From assembly GCA_965198115.1 (NCBI GenBank), contig OZ240241.1, positions 5,888,001 through 5,952,000 of the forward strand: a DNA stretch of 64,000 bases. Reading direction: 5' to 3'. The translations under genes and the position numbers were made by a program. The notes under the pieces were generated by a model that saw only the letters and a program-made list of their open reading frames with translations, was not told the origin of the DNA and searched no databases. The DNA comes from Candidatus Latescibacterota bacterium. GTDB lineage: Bacteria; Latescibacterota; UBA2968. Of this stretch, positions 31,624 to 43,424 are shown piece after piece. Numbering within the stretch: the first letter of the stretch is position 1; each line of letters opens with the position of its first letter.

Positions 31624-33960
31624 TTGGCCAAGAACAATACCATCGCCCAGGTCGGAAAACGCAAAGTTCAGATCAGCAACCTGGACAAGTGTCTCTTTCC
31701 AGAACCGGGCATCATCAAGGCCGAATTGATCGAATACTACCTGGGGACCGCACCAACGCTCCTGCGACACATCAAGGGTCGCCCCCTGTCATTCGTCCGG
31801 TATCCCGACGGTGTGACCGGGCAAAGCTTTTATCAAAAAAACAGCCCGGAGGGCACCCCGCCCTGGGTCGAGCACATCCTTGTCGGAGACGGAGAGAAGA
31901 AGCTCAACCACGTCGTGGCAACGGAAGAGGCCACCCTCGTCTGGACTGCGAACTTGGCGTGTATCGAAATCCATCAAATTCACGCACGGCTCCCTCACGT
32001 CGACCGCCCGGATTACGTTGTCTTCGATCTCGACCCGCCGGAGGGCCAGGACTTCTCAGAGGTCGTCGACCTAGCAATCGACTTTAGAGTCCATCTCGAA
32101 TCCCTCGGCTACACGACCTTCGTCAAGACGACGGGCCGCAAAGGGCTCCACGTCGTGGCTCCCCTCGAACCCACGTCGTCCTTCGACGAAGTCTTTGCCG
32201 CAGCCAAGGATGCCGCAACACCCTTCGTGAATTCGAATCCAGACCGCGCAACCCTGCATATCAAGAAAGAGGCTCGTAAGGGACGGATCCTGGTCGACGT
32301 CTACCGCAACAGGCCACAACAAACCATCCTCTCCCCCTACAGTGCCCGCGGTATCGAGCAAGGCTCGGTCAGCACCCCGATGACTTGGGAAGAGCTCGAG
32401 ACCCTCGAGGATCCTTCCGTCCACAACATCCGCACACTACAGGACCGTCTCGTCGAGGAAGGCGATCCCTGGGAGGCGATCGCGGCCTACGCGACGCCGC
32501 TCCACACGGCAGTCCCTAAATCGCGCGCATCGGCCAAGACACGTCCCGCTTCACGCACGTACAAATCGCCTGATGCGTTGAAATCCTACGAGGATAAACG
32601 AGACTTTTCGACCACGCCCGAGCCCCCACCCGGTTCGGTAGCAGGCTCCGGAAACGGATTCGTCGTTCATCGCCACCACGCGTCGCGGCTGCACTATGAC
32701 CTGAGGCTGGAACATGATGGAACCCTGCTCTCGTGGGCGGTCCCGAAAGGGCTGCCACCTCGACCGGGAATCAAACGCCTCGCAGTAAAAGTCGAGGATC
32801 ATCCACTCGAATATCTCGACTTCGAAGGACGCATTCCGAAAGGTGAGTATGGCGCAGGACCCATGTGGGTCTTCTCTCGGGGTACCTACGAGATTACCAA
32901 GGACAAGAAAGACTCCTTCTACTTTCGTCTCAACAGCCGGGAGCTCAACGCCGAATACCGGCTCATCAACACTCGAGAAAAGGAGTGGCTGCTCGAGAAA
33001 CTCGACGAGCCTCAGGTGGACTGGTTCACCCACCCCGTCGATCCAATGCTCGCGGATACGGCCGAAGCGCCACCGAACGCGGACGATCACACCTTCGAAG
33101 TCAAATGGGATGGCATCCGTGCACTCGTCAAGATCGAGGAGGGCGATCTGCGGCTGACCAGTCGGAGCCAGCGCGACCTGACCTACGCCTTCCCGGAGCT
33201 CAGCGACGCCGAAAAGTCCCTACGCGCGACATCGGCGATTTTCGATGGCGAGATCGTCTGCCTCGACGACGACGGAAAACCGGTCTTCCAGCACACGCTC
33301 AGTCGCATCCAGCAAAAGACAGAAGGATCCATCAAACGAGCGCAGGCACGTCATCCCGCCGTGTGCTATCTGTTCGACTGCCTGTATCTGGACGGAAGAC
33401 CAGTCGTGGCGGAGCCGATCGAGCGACGTCGGGCGTGGCTCGAGGATGCCATCCGGCCCGAAAGCGCCTACAGGATGAGTCAGGCCCTCGACGACGGAAA
33501 GGCGCTGTTCGAAGCTGCTCAGGAGATGGGTTTGGAAGGGATCGTGGCCAAAGAACGCGGATCGGCCTATTATCCGGGTAGACGGAGCGCCAGTTGGCTC
33601 AAAATCAAGGTTCGCCAGACGACAGAATGTCTCGTTATAGGCTATACTCAGGGAAACGGGGACCGGGCGTCGACGTTCGGCGCCCTCCAGCTCGGGGTTC
33701 TCGATGAGGAGCATCTCCGGTATGTCGGCAAGGTCGGCACGGGATTCGACGACCGGCTCCTGAAATCCGTATCGAAAGTGGTGAAGGCCGTTCCCGAGAC
33801 CGACCGTCCCGTCGACACCAAACCCATCGACGACAAAAAGACCACGTGGATCGAGCCGACAATCGTTTGTGAGCTCCAGTACGCGTCCTGGACCGTGAAC
33901 GACACGCTTCGCGAGCCGGTTTTTATCCGCCTGCGCCCAGATCTGTATATTGAGGCGTAA
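31624..33960 (+). CDS. ligD: NHEJ DNA ligase D (polymerase-phosphoesterase-ligase)
   Basis: Pol: RYPDG, VFDLDP, KTTGRKGLH. PE: HHASRLHYDLRLE, SWAVPKG. Ligase: EVKWDG, FDGE, EGIVAK, WLKIK, GKVGTGF. Confidence 0.95.
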   Translation: MAKNNTIAQVGKRKVQISNLDKCLFPEPGIIKAELIEYYLGTAPTLLRHIKGRPLSFVRYPDGVTGQSFYQKNSPEGTPPWVEHILVGDGEKKLNHVVATEEATLVWTANLACIEIHQIHARLPHVDRPDYVVFDLDPPEGQDFSEVVDLAIDFRVHLESLGYTTFVKTTGRKGLHVVAPLEPTSSFDEVFAAAKDAATPFVNSNPDRATLHIKKEARKGRILVDVYRNRPQQTILSPYSARGIEQGSVSTPMTWEELETLEDPSVHNIRTLQDRLVEEGDPWEAIAAYATPLHTAVPKSRASAKTRPASRTYKSPDALKSYEDKRDFSTTPEPPPGSVAGSGNGFVVHRHHASRLHYDLRLEHDGTLLSWAVPKGLPPRPGIKRLAVKVEDHPLEYLDFEGRIPKGEYGAGPMWVFSRGTYEITKDKKDSFYFRLNSRELNAEYRLINTREKEWLLEKLDEPQVDWFTHPVDPMLADTAEAPPNADDHTFEVKWDGIRALVKIEEGDLRLTSRSQRDLTYAFPELSDAEKSLRATSAIFDGEIVCLDDDGKPVFQHTLSRIQQKTEGSIKRAQARHPAVCYLFDCLYLDGRPVVAEPIERRRAWLEDAIRPESAYRMSQALDDGKALFEAAQEMGLEGIVAKERGSAYYPGRRSASWLKIKVRQTTECLVIGYTQGNGDRASTFGALQLGVLDEEHLRYVGKVGTGFDDRLLKSVSKVVKAVPETDRPVDTKPIDDKKTTWIEPTIVCELQYASWTVNDTLREPVFIRLRPDLYIEA

Positions 33961-34136
33961 GCAGGAGTCAGAAAAACACGAAGGGGGGCCAGAGGTTCCC
34001 CTTGATACACGACAGGCAACTCGTTCTACGCAATTTTTGGCAACGACGTCCCGGGAAACTGCGGAGGTATACCCAGGTATCCCCGTTTCCTTGGGGTCTT
34101 CGTGTCTTAGCGTTGAATACTCCCCAGAGGTCGTTT

Positions 34137-35750
34137 ATGCCACGCAACATCGACGATATCGGTTGGAACGCATCGAGTGAAGTCGGCGCCGTCGCAGCAG
34201 GAGGTGCGGGTGCAGTCGATGCTGGTCTCCAGATACTCGAAGCTGGAGGAAACGCAGCAGATGCCGCCGCGGCCACCATCTTCGCCCTCCAGGTCACCGA
34301 CCACGGCGCGTGTTGCATCGGCGGCGAGGTCCCGCTCCTGATCCACATCGCGGAAACGGGCGAGACAAAGTCGCTCTCCGGAATGGGGCGCGCTCCGCTA
34401 TCTCAGGACGCCATCGATTGGTACATGAAAAACGGGATCCCAGGTCCCGGCGACATGAAGATGGCGCCTGTGCCGTCCGTCGTTGACCTGTGTATCACCA
34501 CACTCAAGACCTACGGTACGAAGTCCCTAGAACAGATCATCGCACCCACGCTTGTCATCCTTGATGCCGGTACGGAGGAATGGGAACCCAAGCTCGCCAG
34601 GACCCTGCGTCGGATGGTCGACGAGGAACAAGCGACGTCCGGAAGCCGTGAGGAAAAACTCCAAGCCGCGTGTGATCGTTTTTATGGTCGCAGCAAGCGC
34701 TATAACGACATCGCCGAGGAACTCGAGGCTGAATTCAAGAAACACGGCAGCTTCCTGCGCATCTCCGACCTCGCGAACCATCGTACCCGCATCGAAGACC
34801 CTGTCACCGCCGATTATCGAGGCCATACCGTCTGCAAGTGCGACACGTGGACGCAGGGCCCCTTCCTCCTTCAAGCTCTACGCCTGATCGAAGGTTTCGA
34901 TGTGAAGGAGATGGGTCATCTCTCGGCAGACACCATTCATCTTTCAACCGAGATGCTCAAACTCGCCATGGCCGACAGGGACGCCTACTATGGCGATCCC
35001 GAGTTTGTCGACGTTCCGCTCGATACACTCCTCTCGGACGAGTACACCGACATGCGCCGACCCCTGATCGACATGACCACGGCGGATCTCGAAGCACGAC
35101 CGGGAGATCCATACGAGATGAAACCCGTCGCTCAGAACGGCGTATTTCGACCTGGTGGTGACGGCACTACCACCTGCGTCGTCGCAGACCGCTGGGGCAA
35201 CGTCGTCGCCGCGACGCCCAGCGCGAACGTCGACCGCAGCCGGATAGATGGGGGCGAGGCGGGCGTCACCTACGGCAACCGGCTCAAAAGTCTCAACACC
35301 GTACCTGGCCATCCCAACTGCATCATGCCGGGAAAGCGACCGCGCATCACCCTGACGCCCACCCTCGTCCTCAAGGATGGCAAACCGATTTATGCCATGA
35401 GTGTGGCCGGCGGGGACAAACAGGACCAGGCGATGCTCAATCTCATCATCAACGCCGTCGACTTTGGTATGCTCCCGTCAGACGCCGTCACCGCGCCCCG
35501 ATTCTGTACCTACCATCATCAGAACTCATTCGACCCGAACCCGGACCGATCGCAGACGTTCAACAACGCCGGCGCCCTCGAGCTCTGCTCTGACATCCCG
35601 GAAAGTGTTCGATCGGACCTGGCGCAGCGAGGCCATCCTGTCGAGGCGAAAGACGGCGCCATCGCCACTCCCGTGATGCTCAAAGTTGAAGACGGCACGA
35701 TCCACGCCGCCGGCGACCCGAACGCCAGACGCCACGCCGACGGGCTATAG
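34137..35750 (+). CDS. ggt: Gamma-glutamyltransferase family (Ntn hydrolase)
   Basis: GGNAADAA, ADRDAYYGDP, GTTTCVVADRWGN, PGKRP, GGDKQDQ, AAGDP. Confidence 0.9.
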   Translation: MPRNIDDIGWNASSEVGAVAAGGAGAVDAGLQILEAGGNAADAAAATIFALQVTDHGACCIGGEVPLLIHIAETGETKSLSGMGRAPLSQDAIDWYMKNGIPGPGDMKMAPVPSVVDLCITTLKTYGTKSLEQIIAPTLVILDAGTEEWEPKLARTLRRMVDEEQATSGSREEKLQAACDRFYGRSKRYNDIAEELEAEFKKHGSFLRISDLANHRTRIEDPVTADYRGHTVCKCDTWTQGPFLLQALRLIEGFDVKEMGHLSADTIHLSTEMLKLAMADRDAYYGDPEFVDVPLDTLLSDEYTDMRRPLIDMTTADLEARPGDPYEMKPVAQNGVFRPGGDGTTTCVVADRWGNVVAATPSANVDRSRIDGGEAGVTYGNRLKSLNTVPGHPNCIMPGKRPRITLTPTLVLKDGKPIYAMSVAGGDKQDQAMLNLIINAVDFGMLPSDAVTAPRFCTYHHQNSFDPNPDRSQTFNNAGALELCSDIPESVRSDLAQRGHPVEAKDGAIATPVMLKVEDGTIHAAGDPNARRHADGL

Positions 35751-35776
35751 CAACTACATTCGTTCTACACTCTGCA

Positions 35777-35852
35777 ATGGAGCCAACCACAATCACCCGG
35801 CTCGCGGAGACCGTCTACGAGTCCTCCGCGATGTTGGCGGGCATGCAACTAG
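35777..35852 (+). pseudogene. N-terminal remnant of a probable O-methyltransferase cut by IS1380
   Basis: MEPTTITRLAETVYESSAMLAGMQL resembles the start of a methyltransferase dimerisation domain; no continuation after the IS. Confidence 0.4.
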
Positions 35853-37422
35853 CCTGAATCATGCATGAATTTGAGTTTAGGTTGTTTTGGAGTGATGTGA
35901 TCACGCACAGGATTTGTTCTCGGCTTCTTCGGATGTCCAAGGTCCCGTAAGCGGTCTCTACGAGTCGCAAGAGTCACGATTTTCGTCCGGAACAGGTGTT
36001 GTTTTGCGACGTGTACATAGCTGTCCCCGGTATAGATCGGCGTTGTTACTGCGTGTTCGTTTCGAGCCTGGTGATGATTGACACCAAGACGTTTTTGAGT
36101 GGATACGATGTTGGAAAATGGAATCGGATTCTTCGTGCGCTTTCAATGACTCTCGCGCCGATTTTGAGGAAACGGTTCTGTATCGTGTTGACCTGAGGTT
36201 TGGTCCACGCGGTGCCCTTGAGTCCCTGTGATCGGAGTGCGTGAAGCAAGGCGTATGCAGCACTGTGTAGAAAGAGTCGGAACTGGTTGGCTTCAAACTT
36301 GTGGCACGATGTTCGATCGGATACGATCATAGATAAAGCCGTCTCGATTACTCTGTAAATTGGTCACGCGGTATCTTGGATTTGCTTCGCCGTTTGTGAC
36401 TTCAGCCTTGTGAATGATCCGGCGAGGCTGCCGGTAGGTGCCAGCCTGATATGAGAAGGATGAGAACAAGCGAATCGTCTCCTTATGCTCGCTCAGACGT
36501 AGCGCTTGGTCCATCAGGTTTTGTCCAGCCGCTTTGAGCTTGGAGTTGGCGCCCTGGCCCAGAACGTAGTAGATACCGTTGTCTTCGCAGAAATCGTGCA
36601 TCTCTGGTGAGCTGAACTTTGAGTCTGCGCGAACGATGATCTCCACGTTTGGCCAAGATCCGCGTAGGTGTTCCACCAAGCGCTTGAGAATAGAAACGAC
36701 CTGTTTACCGTTCGTCGGATGCCCGGGTCTCAAGATCGTCGTAATGAGCTTGCCGCTTTGGCCTTCATAGATATGTAGCGGCATATAGCAGTGTTCATTG
36801 TAATACGCGTTGAAGAGTGAAAATTGTTGCGCACCGTGCGTTGGGTCATCCGTGTCGTCGATATCGAGAATGATGCTTGGGGGTGCCTGGTCATACGATG
36901 CGATGAACCCGTCTACAAAAGCCCGTGCGAGCCGATACAAATCCGAGCGTCGCACATCATTCTCAAGTCGTGTCATCGTTGATTGGCTCCCGAGATCAGG
37001 ACCGGAAAGAGGAAGCCGATCGCAGGCAGCCTTGACGCCCGGATCGTGGCGCAAATCATCACAATCGACGGCATCTTCATAGCCGCAAGCGATCTGAAAA
37101 ACACGCTGCTTCACAAGATCCAAAAGCGTGTGATCGATATAGCTTGGGTGACGACGATCTCGCAAAGCATCTACCATTCTGGCGATCAATCCCATCTGAG
37201 ACTCAAGGGCGCGAAGCAACAGAACTCCACCGTCACTCCTGACGGCGCCACCGGCAAAATCAGCCTCAACTACCTTGCCCGAAATGCTTGCGAATGGTAA
37301 CCGGATCTGACTAGGTTCTATCACGGTAGTTCCTTCCAAGTGTTGTTTTGATGTGTCAGCCCTAATGTAGGGAAAAACAAACACTTGTACAAGGAGACTA
37401 CCTTTTTTATGCATAATTCAGG
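35853..37422 (-). mobile_element. IS1380-family element, transposase 37324->36046 broken by an internal deletion near 36320
   Basis: SDGGVLL, GYEDAVD, LDIDDT, RADS, SCHKFEANQFRL. TIRs cctgaatcatgcat / cctgaattatgcat. Flanks ctag and ctaa. Confidence 0.92.
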
Positions 37423-37539
37423 CTAATTGTATTTAAATAAGTTAGCATAAAAGAGCTTAGTGTCACCGCAGGACTCAAGAAGGTCGAGAAATCCAGCCGA
37501 TACCCCATCACCCACCAGCTCTGTGCGGCGAGACCGCGT

Positions 37540-38805
37540 CTACCCTTCCATCAGGCTCGAGATTTTCCGATCGAGTAGTGCGCGTTCTCGGTTGGAGGAG
37601 GTCTTTTTTCTCGCAGTGGCGAAAGCCTCCCGAGCACGGTCGATTTCGCCGGCTTCGACGTGCAGCTGCCCGAGCGTTGCTTCGAAGAGATAGTATCGAT
37701 CCAGCGCGGCTAGACGTTCGATTTAACCGATGGCGCTGATTCCGGCGGCCGGTCCCTGGACTTTCGACAGCGCGATGGCCCTGTTGAGCTGATAGATCGG
37801 GGACGGCTTCAGCTCGATGAGTGTGCCGTAGAGGTCGAGAATCGCACTCCAATCGGTTTCTGCCACGCTGGGGGCGATGCAGTGGAGCGCAGCGATGGCT
37901 GCCTTGAGATGGTAGGTCGAGACACGAAGGGCTTCAGATGCTCTTTCGAGATCTCTCAGACCTTCGGTGATGAGTGCGCGATCCCATCGAGAGCGATCCT
38001 GATCCTCGAGCAAGACGATATCCCCGTGTTCGTCCAGCCGTGCGTCGAAGCGCGCCGCGTGGAGTTTCATGAGTGCGAGCAGAGCCCACGTGACATCGGA
38101 GTGAAAGGCCGGGTGATCGGCGAGCATCCCACACAGACGAATGGCCTCCTCGCATAGACTGCGCCGGATGACTTCCTCGGAATGGGACGATGCGTAGCCT
38201 TCGTTGAAGAGCAAGTATAGGATGGTGTGGACTGAATCGAGCCGTAGTTCGAGACGGCTTCCGGATGGCAGGTCGAGCAGGTCTTCTCGCTCGCGGAGAC
38301 GCTGCCGCGCACGCTGGATTCGCTTGTGGACGTTTGCATCGGATGTGAGGAGAGCGTCTGCGATTTCTCGTGTGCCAAAGCCGCACAAAGACTTGAGCGT
38401 GACGGCGATTCGCGATTCGGTGGGAAGGTCGGGGTCGCAGCAGGCGAACATCATTCGCAGCTGGCTGTCACTGATTTCGTCGTCGAGGAAAACCGTGTCC
38501 AGGCGTTTGTCGTCGAGCGTGGCCTGAAGTTCGTTGGCCACATCACTCTGAAAGCGATCGACGACTTCCTCGTGGCGCAGGAGATCGAGGGCTCGGTTCT
38601 TGGCCACGCGATACAGCCATCCTGAAGGATTGTCCGGCACCGAGCCGAAGCGCCAGCGCTCGAGCGCTTCCACGAGGGCGGCTTGAGCGACATCTTCGGC
38701 CAGGTCGATGTGACGGGGACCGAAAAAATGTGTAAGAGCGGCTACGAGACGCCCCGACTCGTGACGGAAGAAGTGATCGAGGATTTGGTCAGCGCTTTTC
38801 GTCAT
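37540..38805 (-). CDS. ECF sigma factor with C-terminal TPR-like extension (ECF42-like), in-frame TAA at 37723-37725
   Basis: AEDVAQAA, GWLYRVAKNRALD, LRMMFACC, YLLFNEGY, LEDQDRSRWD. Frame continues past TAA (YYLFEATLG...ERALLDRK). Confidence 0.9.
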
Positions 38806-38947
38806 TGGCTAAGCGAACCGCGGAAAACCAGCCACTGAGAACACGGAGATCACGGAGGTGGAGGAGATCCCGGACCCCCAGGCCCTAAACGGGAACAGGG
38901 CCTGGTAGTCGGGAGGATCTTTGTCGACGCTGGCAAGTCCCCTGCAA

Positions 38948-39304
38948 CTAATTGGGGCAGGCGTGTTCGATAATGGCGACTCGGCGGACTTCGACTTTGC
39001 CGCCAAGTTCGAGGGCAGGACAGTCTTTGGCGAGTTCGGAGGCTTCGTCGAACGAATCGGCTTCGATCATCACAAAACCGCCGATGAGTTCTTTCGATTC
39101 GGTGAAGGGACCGTCGGTGATCGTTCTGTCGGGCTCGACGGTGTTACCTCCCTTTTCGAGTGGCTCACCGCCCTTGTAGATGCCCTTGTCACGAAGGGTG
39201 GCGATCCAGGTGAACCACTTCTGCATATGATGCTGCATTTCTTCAGGGCTCAGATCGTTGTCGGATGGTTCTCCGCCCCTGAAAAGGAACAGGTAGTCGG
39301 ACAC
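38948..39304 (-). CDS. YciI/DGPF domain protein
   Basis: TDGPFTESKELIGGF, CPALELGGKVEVR. Confidence 0.9.
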   Translation of the reverse strand: MSDYLFLFRGGEPSDNDLSPEEMQHHMQKWFTWIATLRDKGIYKGGEPLEKGGNTVEPDRTITDGPFTESKELIGGFVMIEADSFDEASELAKDCPALELGGKVEVRRVAIIEHACPN

Positions 39305-39322
39305 GGGGACCTCGATCAGCAA

Positions 39323-39721
39323 TTAGGAAACTGCGGCCTCGGTCGCAGCATCAGATTCCTCGAACGCTCGGCTACCACAGGGACCACCCGGGGCGCTTCT
39401 CACTTCGACCTTCCCACCCGCTTCGAGAACCGGACAGTTTTTGGCCTCTTCAGTCGCGGCCTCGAGGGAGTCGACGTCGAGGATGACAAGGCCGCCGATC
39501 AGTTCCTTCGCCTCGACCAGTGGACTGTCGGTGACGGTGCCATCGGACAGAACGACACAGCCCTCCTCGTCGCTCAGCGGCTCGCCCCCCTTGTAGATGC
39601 CCTTTGCACCCAGCGATTCGATCCACGTCTGCCACTTCTGAAAGTGGACCTGGAGCTGTTCATCGGACCAGTTCTGTTGTCGGGCGTTTCCGCCACGGAA
39701 TAAGAGCATATAGTCAGCCAT
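39323..39721 (-). CDS. YciI/DGPF domain protein (paralog)
   Basis: TDSPLVEAKELIGG, CPVLEAGGKVEVR. Confidence 0.88.
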   Translation of the reverse strand: MADYMLLFRGGNARQQNWSDEQLQVHFQKWQTWIESLGAKGIYKGGEPLSDEEGCVVLSDGTVTDSPLVEAKELIGGLVILDVDSLEAATEEAKNCPVLEAGGKVEVRSAPGGPCGSRAFEESDAATEAAVS

Positions 39722-39803
39722 AGAGAGAAAACCTCAATCAGGAATCAGGAAATTACCGTATTAGGAAATTGACGGGTTCGCTACGGAGTGATGACGCTCC
39801 TAC

Positions 39804-40172
39804 TTAACTTTCGTTCCCGGATTGAAAGAGGCCGAGGATGGCTCCGGACGGGTCCTTGATGATGCCGAACCAGCCCATATTCGGGATTTCGGTTTTCTCG
39901 TTAATGACCTCTCCGCCGAGGGATTTGGCCTTCTCGACGGACACGGCGACATCGTCGACGAGGACGTAGGGCATCCAGGCTGTGGGTGCATCTTCGCACA
40001 TTTTGGGCGTGATGCCACCTCCGGTGCCGTCATCGCCGACTCCGACCATCGTGTAGGTCATATCGCCCATCGGCATATCTTCGAGCTGCCAATCGAACAA
40101 CTCGCTGTAGAACGACTTCGACTTACCGGCGTCGTCGGTGTGCAACTCAATGTGGCAGAAAGGATTACCCAT
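39804..40172 (-). CDS. VOC/glyoxalase family protein
   Basis: FCHIEL, FYSELFDW, WMPYVLVDDV, DPSGAILGL. Confidence 0.9.
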   Translation of the reverse strand: MGNPFCHIELHTDDAGKSKSFYSELFDWQLEDMPMGDMTYTMVGVGDDGTGGGITPKMCEDAPTAWMPYVLVDDVAVSVEKAKSLGGEVINEKTEIPNMGWFGIIKDPSGAILGLFQSGNES

Positions 40173-40398
40173 TGATTCCTCCAAGAGGGAGATGGTGGTT
40201 TCTTTCGGCTTTCATTGTAAAGACGGATGGTGGGTGAGACAATGGACACTGATGATAAGGAAAATGCAGAATCAGGGAAACGCGTTGGGAGCTTGGGAAT
40301 GACGGGCGGGGCTGAAGCGGCCAGGATGGTAGGCAGTGAGGAGGCAGAAGGCAGAAGTGAGGAGGGAAGGGGAACGGCGGCGTTTCACAGCATCTGTG

Positions 40399-41721
40399 GA
40401 GTGTGTAAGATTAACCGTATAACTGGTGATAGAATCCTATAGTGAAGAAACAGGAGGTTCTATGGCCAGGAATGCTGAAGTCGATCGTCTCCTCGATGAG
40501 CTGATCAAGAACTGTGACGGTCCCGATGACCTACTGGGCGAGAAAGGTCTGCTGAAGCAACTGACTGCCGGGCTGGTGGAGCGGATGCTCGAAAGCGAGA
40601 TAACCGACCACCTGGGCTACGAGAAGCACGATTCTGACGGTAAGAACAGTGGTAACTCCCGCAACGGCAAGACTCCGAAGACACTGAAGACCGACCGTGG
40701 TGCGATCCCGATCGAAGTGCCTCGGGACCGCAATGGTGAGTTCGAGCCCCAGATCGTCAGAAAGCGCCAGAGACGGTTCGACAGGTTTGATGACACGATC
40801 ATCTCGCTGTATTCCCGTGGGATGACGACTCGAGCGATTCAGGAGCACCTGAAGGAGCTCTACGGGGTCGATGTCTCTCCCTCGCTGCTCTCCAGTGTGA
40901 CTGATGATGTCATCGAGGAGGTCAAGGCCTGGCAGTCCAGACCTCTGGACACCATCTATCCGATCGTCTATCTGGACGCGATCCGCGTCAAGATTCGAGA
41001 CGATGGAAGCGTCACGAACAAGGCCGTCTACCTTGCGTTGGGCGTTAATCTATCAGGAAACAAAGAGCTCTTAGGCCTTTGGACGGCTCAGAACGAAGGC
41101 GCGAAGTTCTGGATGTCGGTCCTGACCGAGCTCCAGAACCGTGGCGTCAACGATATCTTCCTGGCCTGTGTAGATGGGCTCAACGGCTTCCCTGAAGCGA
41201 TTGAAGCCGTCTTCCCGAGGACAGATGTTCAACTGTGCATCGTCCATATGGTGCGGAACAGCTTGAACTACGTCTCCTGGAAGAACCGCAAAGAAGTCGC
41301 CCGAGACCTCAAAGCGATCTACCAGTCCGCCACACTTCGTAAGGCCGAGAACCAACTGGAGAAGTTCTCTGTGAAGTGGGACAACACCTACTCGATGATC
41401 GGTCGGTCCTGGCGTGAACACTGGGAGCACATCACCCCGTTCTTCGCCTACCCACCAGAGATCCGGAAGGTGATCTACACGACGAACGCCATCGAGTCAA
41501 TGAACGCATCGCTCCGGAAAGTCACGAAGAACAGAGGCGCGTTCCCGAATGATCAGGCCGCCATCAAACTCCTGTATCTGGCGATCCGAAACATCTCCAA
41601 ACGATGGACCCGGCCACTGAACGATTGGAATGGGGCCATCAACCGGTTCGCCATCATGTTCGAAGATCGTGTCCCGTTAAAGTAATCGTGTCACCAGTTA
41701 CACAAATCTCTGGACACACCC
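40399..41721 (+). mobile_element. IS256-family element of a different type (transposase 40462-41685)
   Basis: 8-bp TSD catctgtg (40391-40398 and 41722-41729). NSRNG, VPRDRNGEF, YLDA, CVDGL, QLCIVH, YTTNAIE. Confidence 0.95.
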
Positions 41722-41767
41722 CATCTGTGAGGGCGCCGCTTCTCTGTCGGACCTGCTTCAGCGGGCA

Positions 41768-43258
41768 ATGAGGGGACCGATGTTGGGCGCACTCGCCATG
41801 CTTGCCGCTGGCATCTGCGTGTCCATCATCTTCCAACGCCAGTGGGAAGACAACGAACGCCTCACATTCCCGCTCGCCCAGTTTGCCGTAGAGCTCACGT
41901 CTGGCTTCGATCAACCCAACCGTGTTCCCCGCCATCTTCCGCAACGCGGTCTTCTGGGCGGGCTTCTTCGTCGTGTTCGTCTGGAACATCATCGGATACT
42001 TCGCGATCGATCTTCCCGCCATCACCCTCTACGGCGGTGTGAACAGCAAGCGTGTCATCGTCTCCAAACACTTCCCCGACCTTATCTTCCGTGTGATGCC
42101 TCCCGTCGTAGGTCTCACCTACTTCTGCGATCTGGACATCCTGCTCAGCTTCTGGCTCCTCCGCATCGTCGCCATCCTCAAAATCGGAGCCATGAACCTT
42201 ACCGGTTTCAGCATCGGACAGGAAGGACAGCAAGCCAAACAGATCGAAATCATCAACCTCGAAAGTCACGGAGCGATGGTCATGCTGGCTGTCTGGTCGA
42301 TCTGGGTGAGCCGGGAGCATCTGGGTCGCGTCTGGCGAGCCGCCGTGGAAGGGCCGAACTCGTCAGCCAACGATGGCATGATCTCCTATCGAACAGCCGT
42401 AGTTTGTTTTGTCGCAGCCACCCTGTTTGTCATCGGTTGGATGAACGCCATCGGCATGTCGATTCCCATCGCCGTTCTCCACACCATCATCATCTACATC
42501 GCCTACCCCTCACCGTCGCCAAGTTCACGGCCGCCAGCGGGTTTCCCCACATCTTCCCCGTCACCTACAAGGGCGGCGCGATGCTCGAAACCTTCGTGGG
42601 CACAGCCAACCTGAACGGTCCCGATGTGGTCGGGATCGGTTTGGTCAACTCGAGCGCGTTTTACGGGAATCTACGCATCCCGGCCTGGCCATCTCTCCCC
42701 CACCACTTCAAGCTGCTTGGTCGCATCGCTCGCAAACCGTCCCGGCTGGCGTGGATGGCCGTCCTGGCCTTCACGGTTGGCATCCTGACATCATTCCCGT
42801 TCGTCATCAGTCTGGGCTACAACGAGGGTGGGCAAAACCTGGGGACGAATCCGTTTGCCCCGGACGGCGGATCCGTCAACATCTACAATGGAATGGCCGC
42901 CAAGATCCTGGAATCGGATCGGACCGTGTTTGATCCCGCAAAAATGGCCGTCTGGCTGCTCGGCGCCGTCGAAGCATCCGTCCTCGTCCTGCTGCGCAAC
43001 CACCTGCCCTGGTGGCCCCTGCACCCACTGGGTATCGCCTTCCAGAACACCTGGGGCCCCGAGCTGTATGCGTTTTCGATCTTCATGACCTGGATGGCCA
43101 AAACCATCCTTTTACGCATCGGTGGCATCGGTCTCTACCGACGTGCTGCGCCCTTCTTCGTTGGTCTCCCCGTCGGTTACGTCTCAGGCATCCTCGTTTC
43201 TGGCATCGTCGATATCATCTGGTTCCCCGACGGCGGCCATTGGGTCCACGGCTGGTAG
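41768..43258 (+). pseudogene. DUF6785/DUF6784-like (OPT-related) membrane transporter, N-terminus missing, two frameshifts
   Basis: QRQWEDNERLTFPL, WWPLHPLG, ILLRIGGIGLYRRAAPFFVGL. Frameshifts in C runs near 41930 and 42508. Confidence 0.7.
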
Positions 43259-43424
43259 GCAGGACACAGAAGTATTCCCTCGAGTTCAAAGCCGATCGGC
43301 GATGTAATCGCGTCGTCCGCACCCCGACACCGTTTGTCGTCTTGACAAAGGCCACGCGTTCCCCAGATACTGATTCATTCGAGCATCGCACATCAGCGCA
43401 GTGGTCAGCTATTATGGAGGAACG

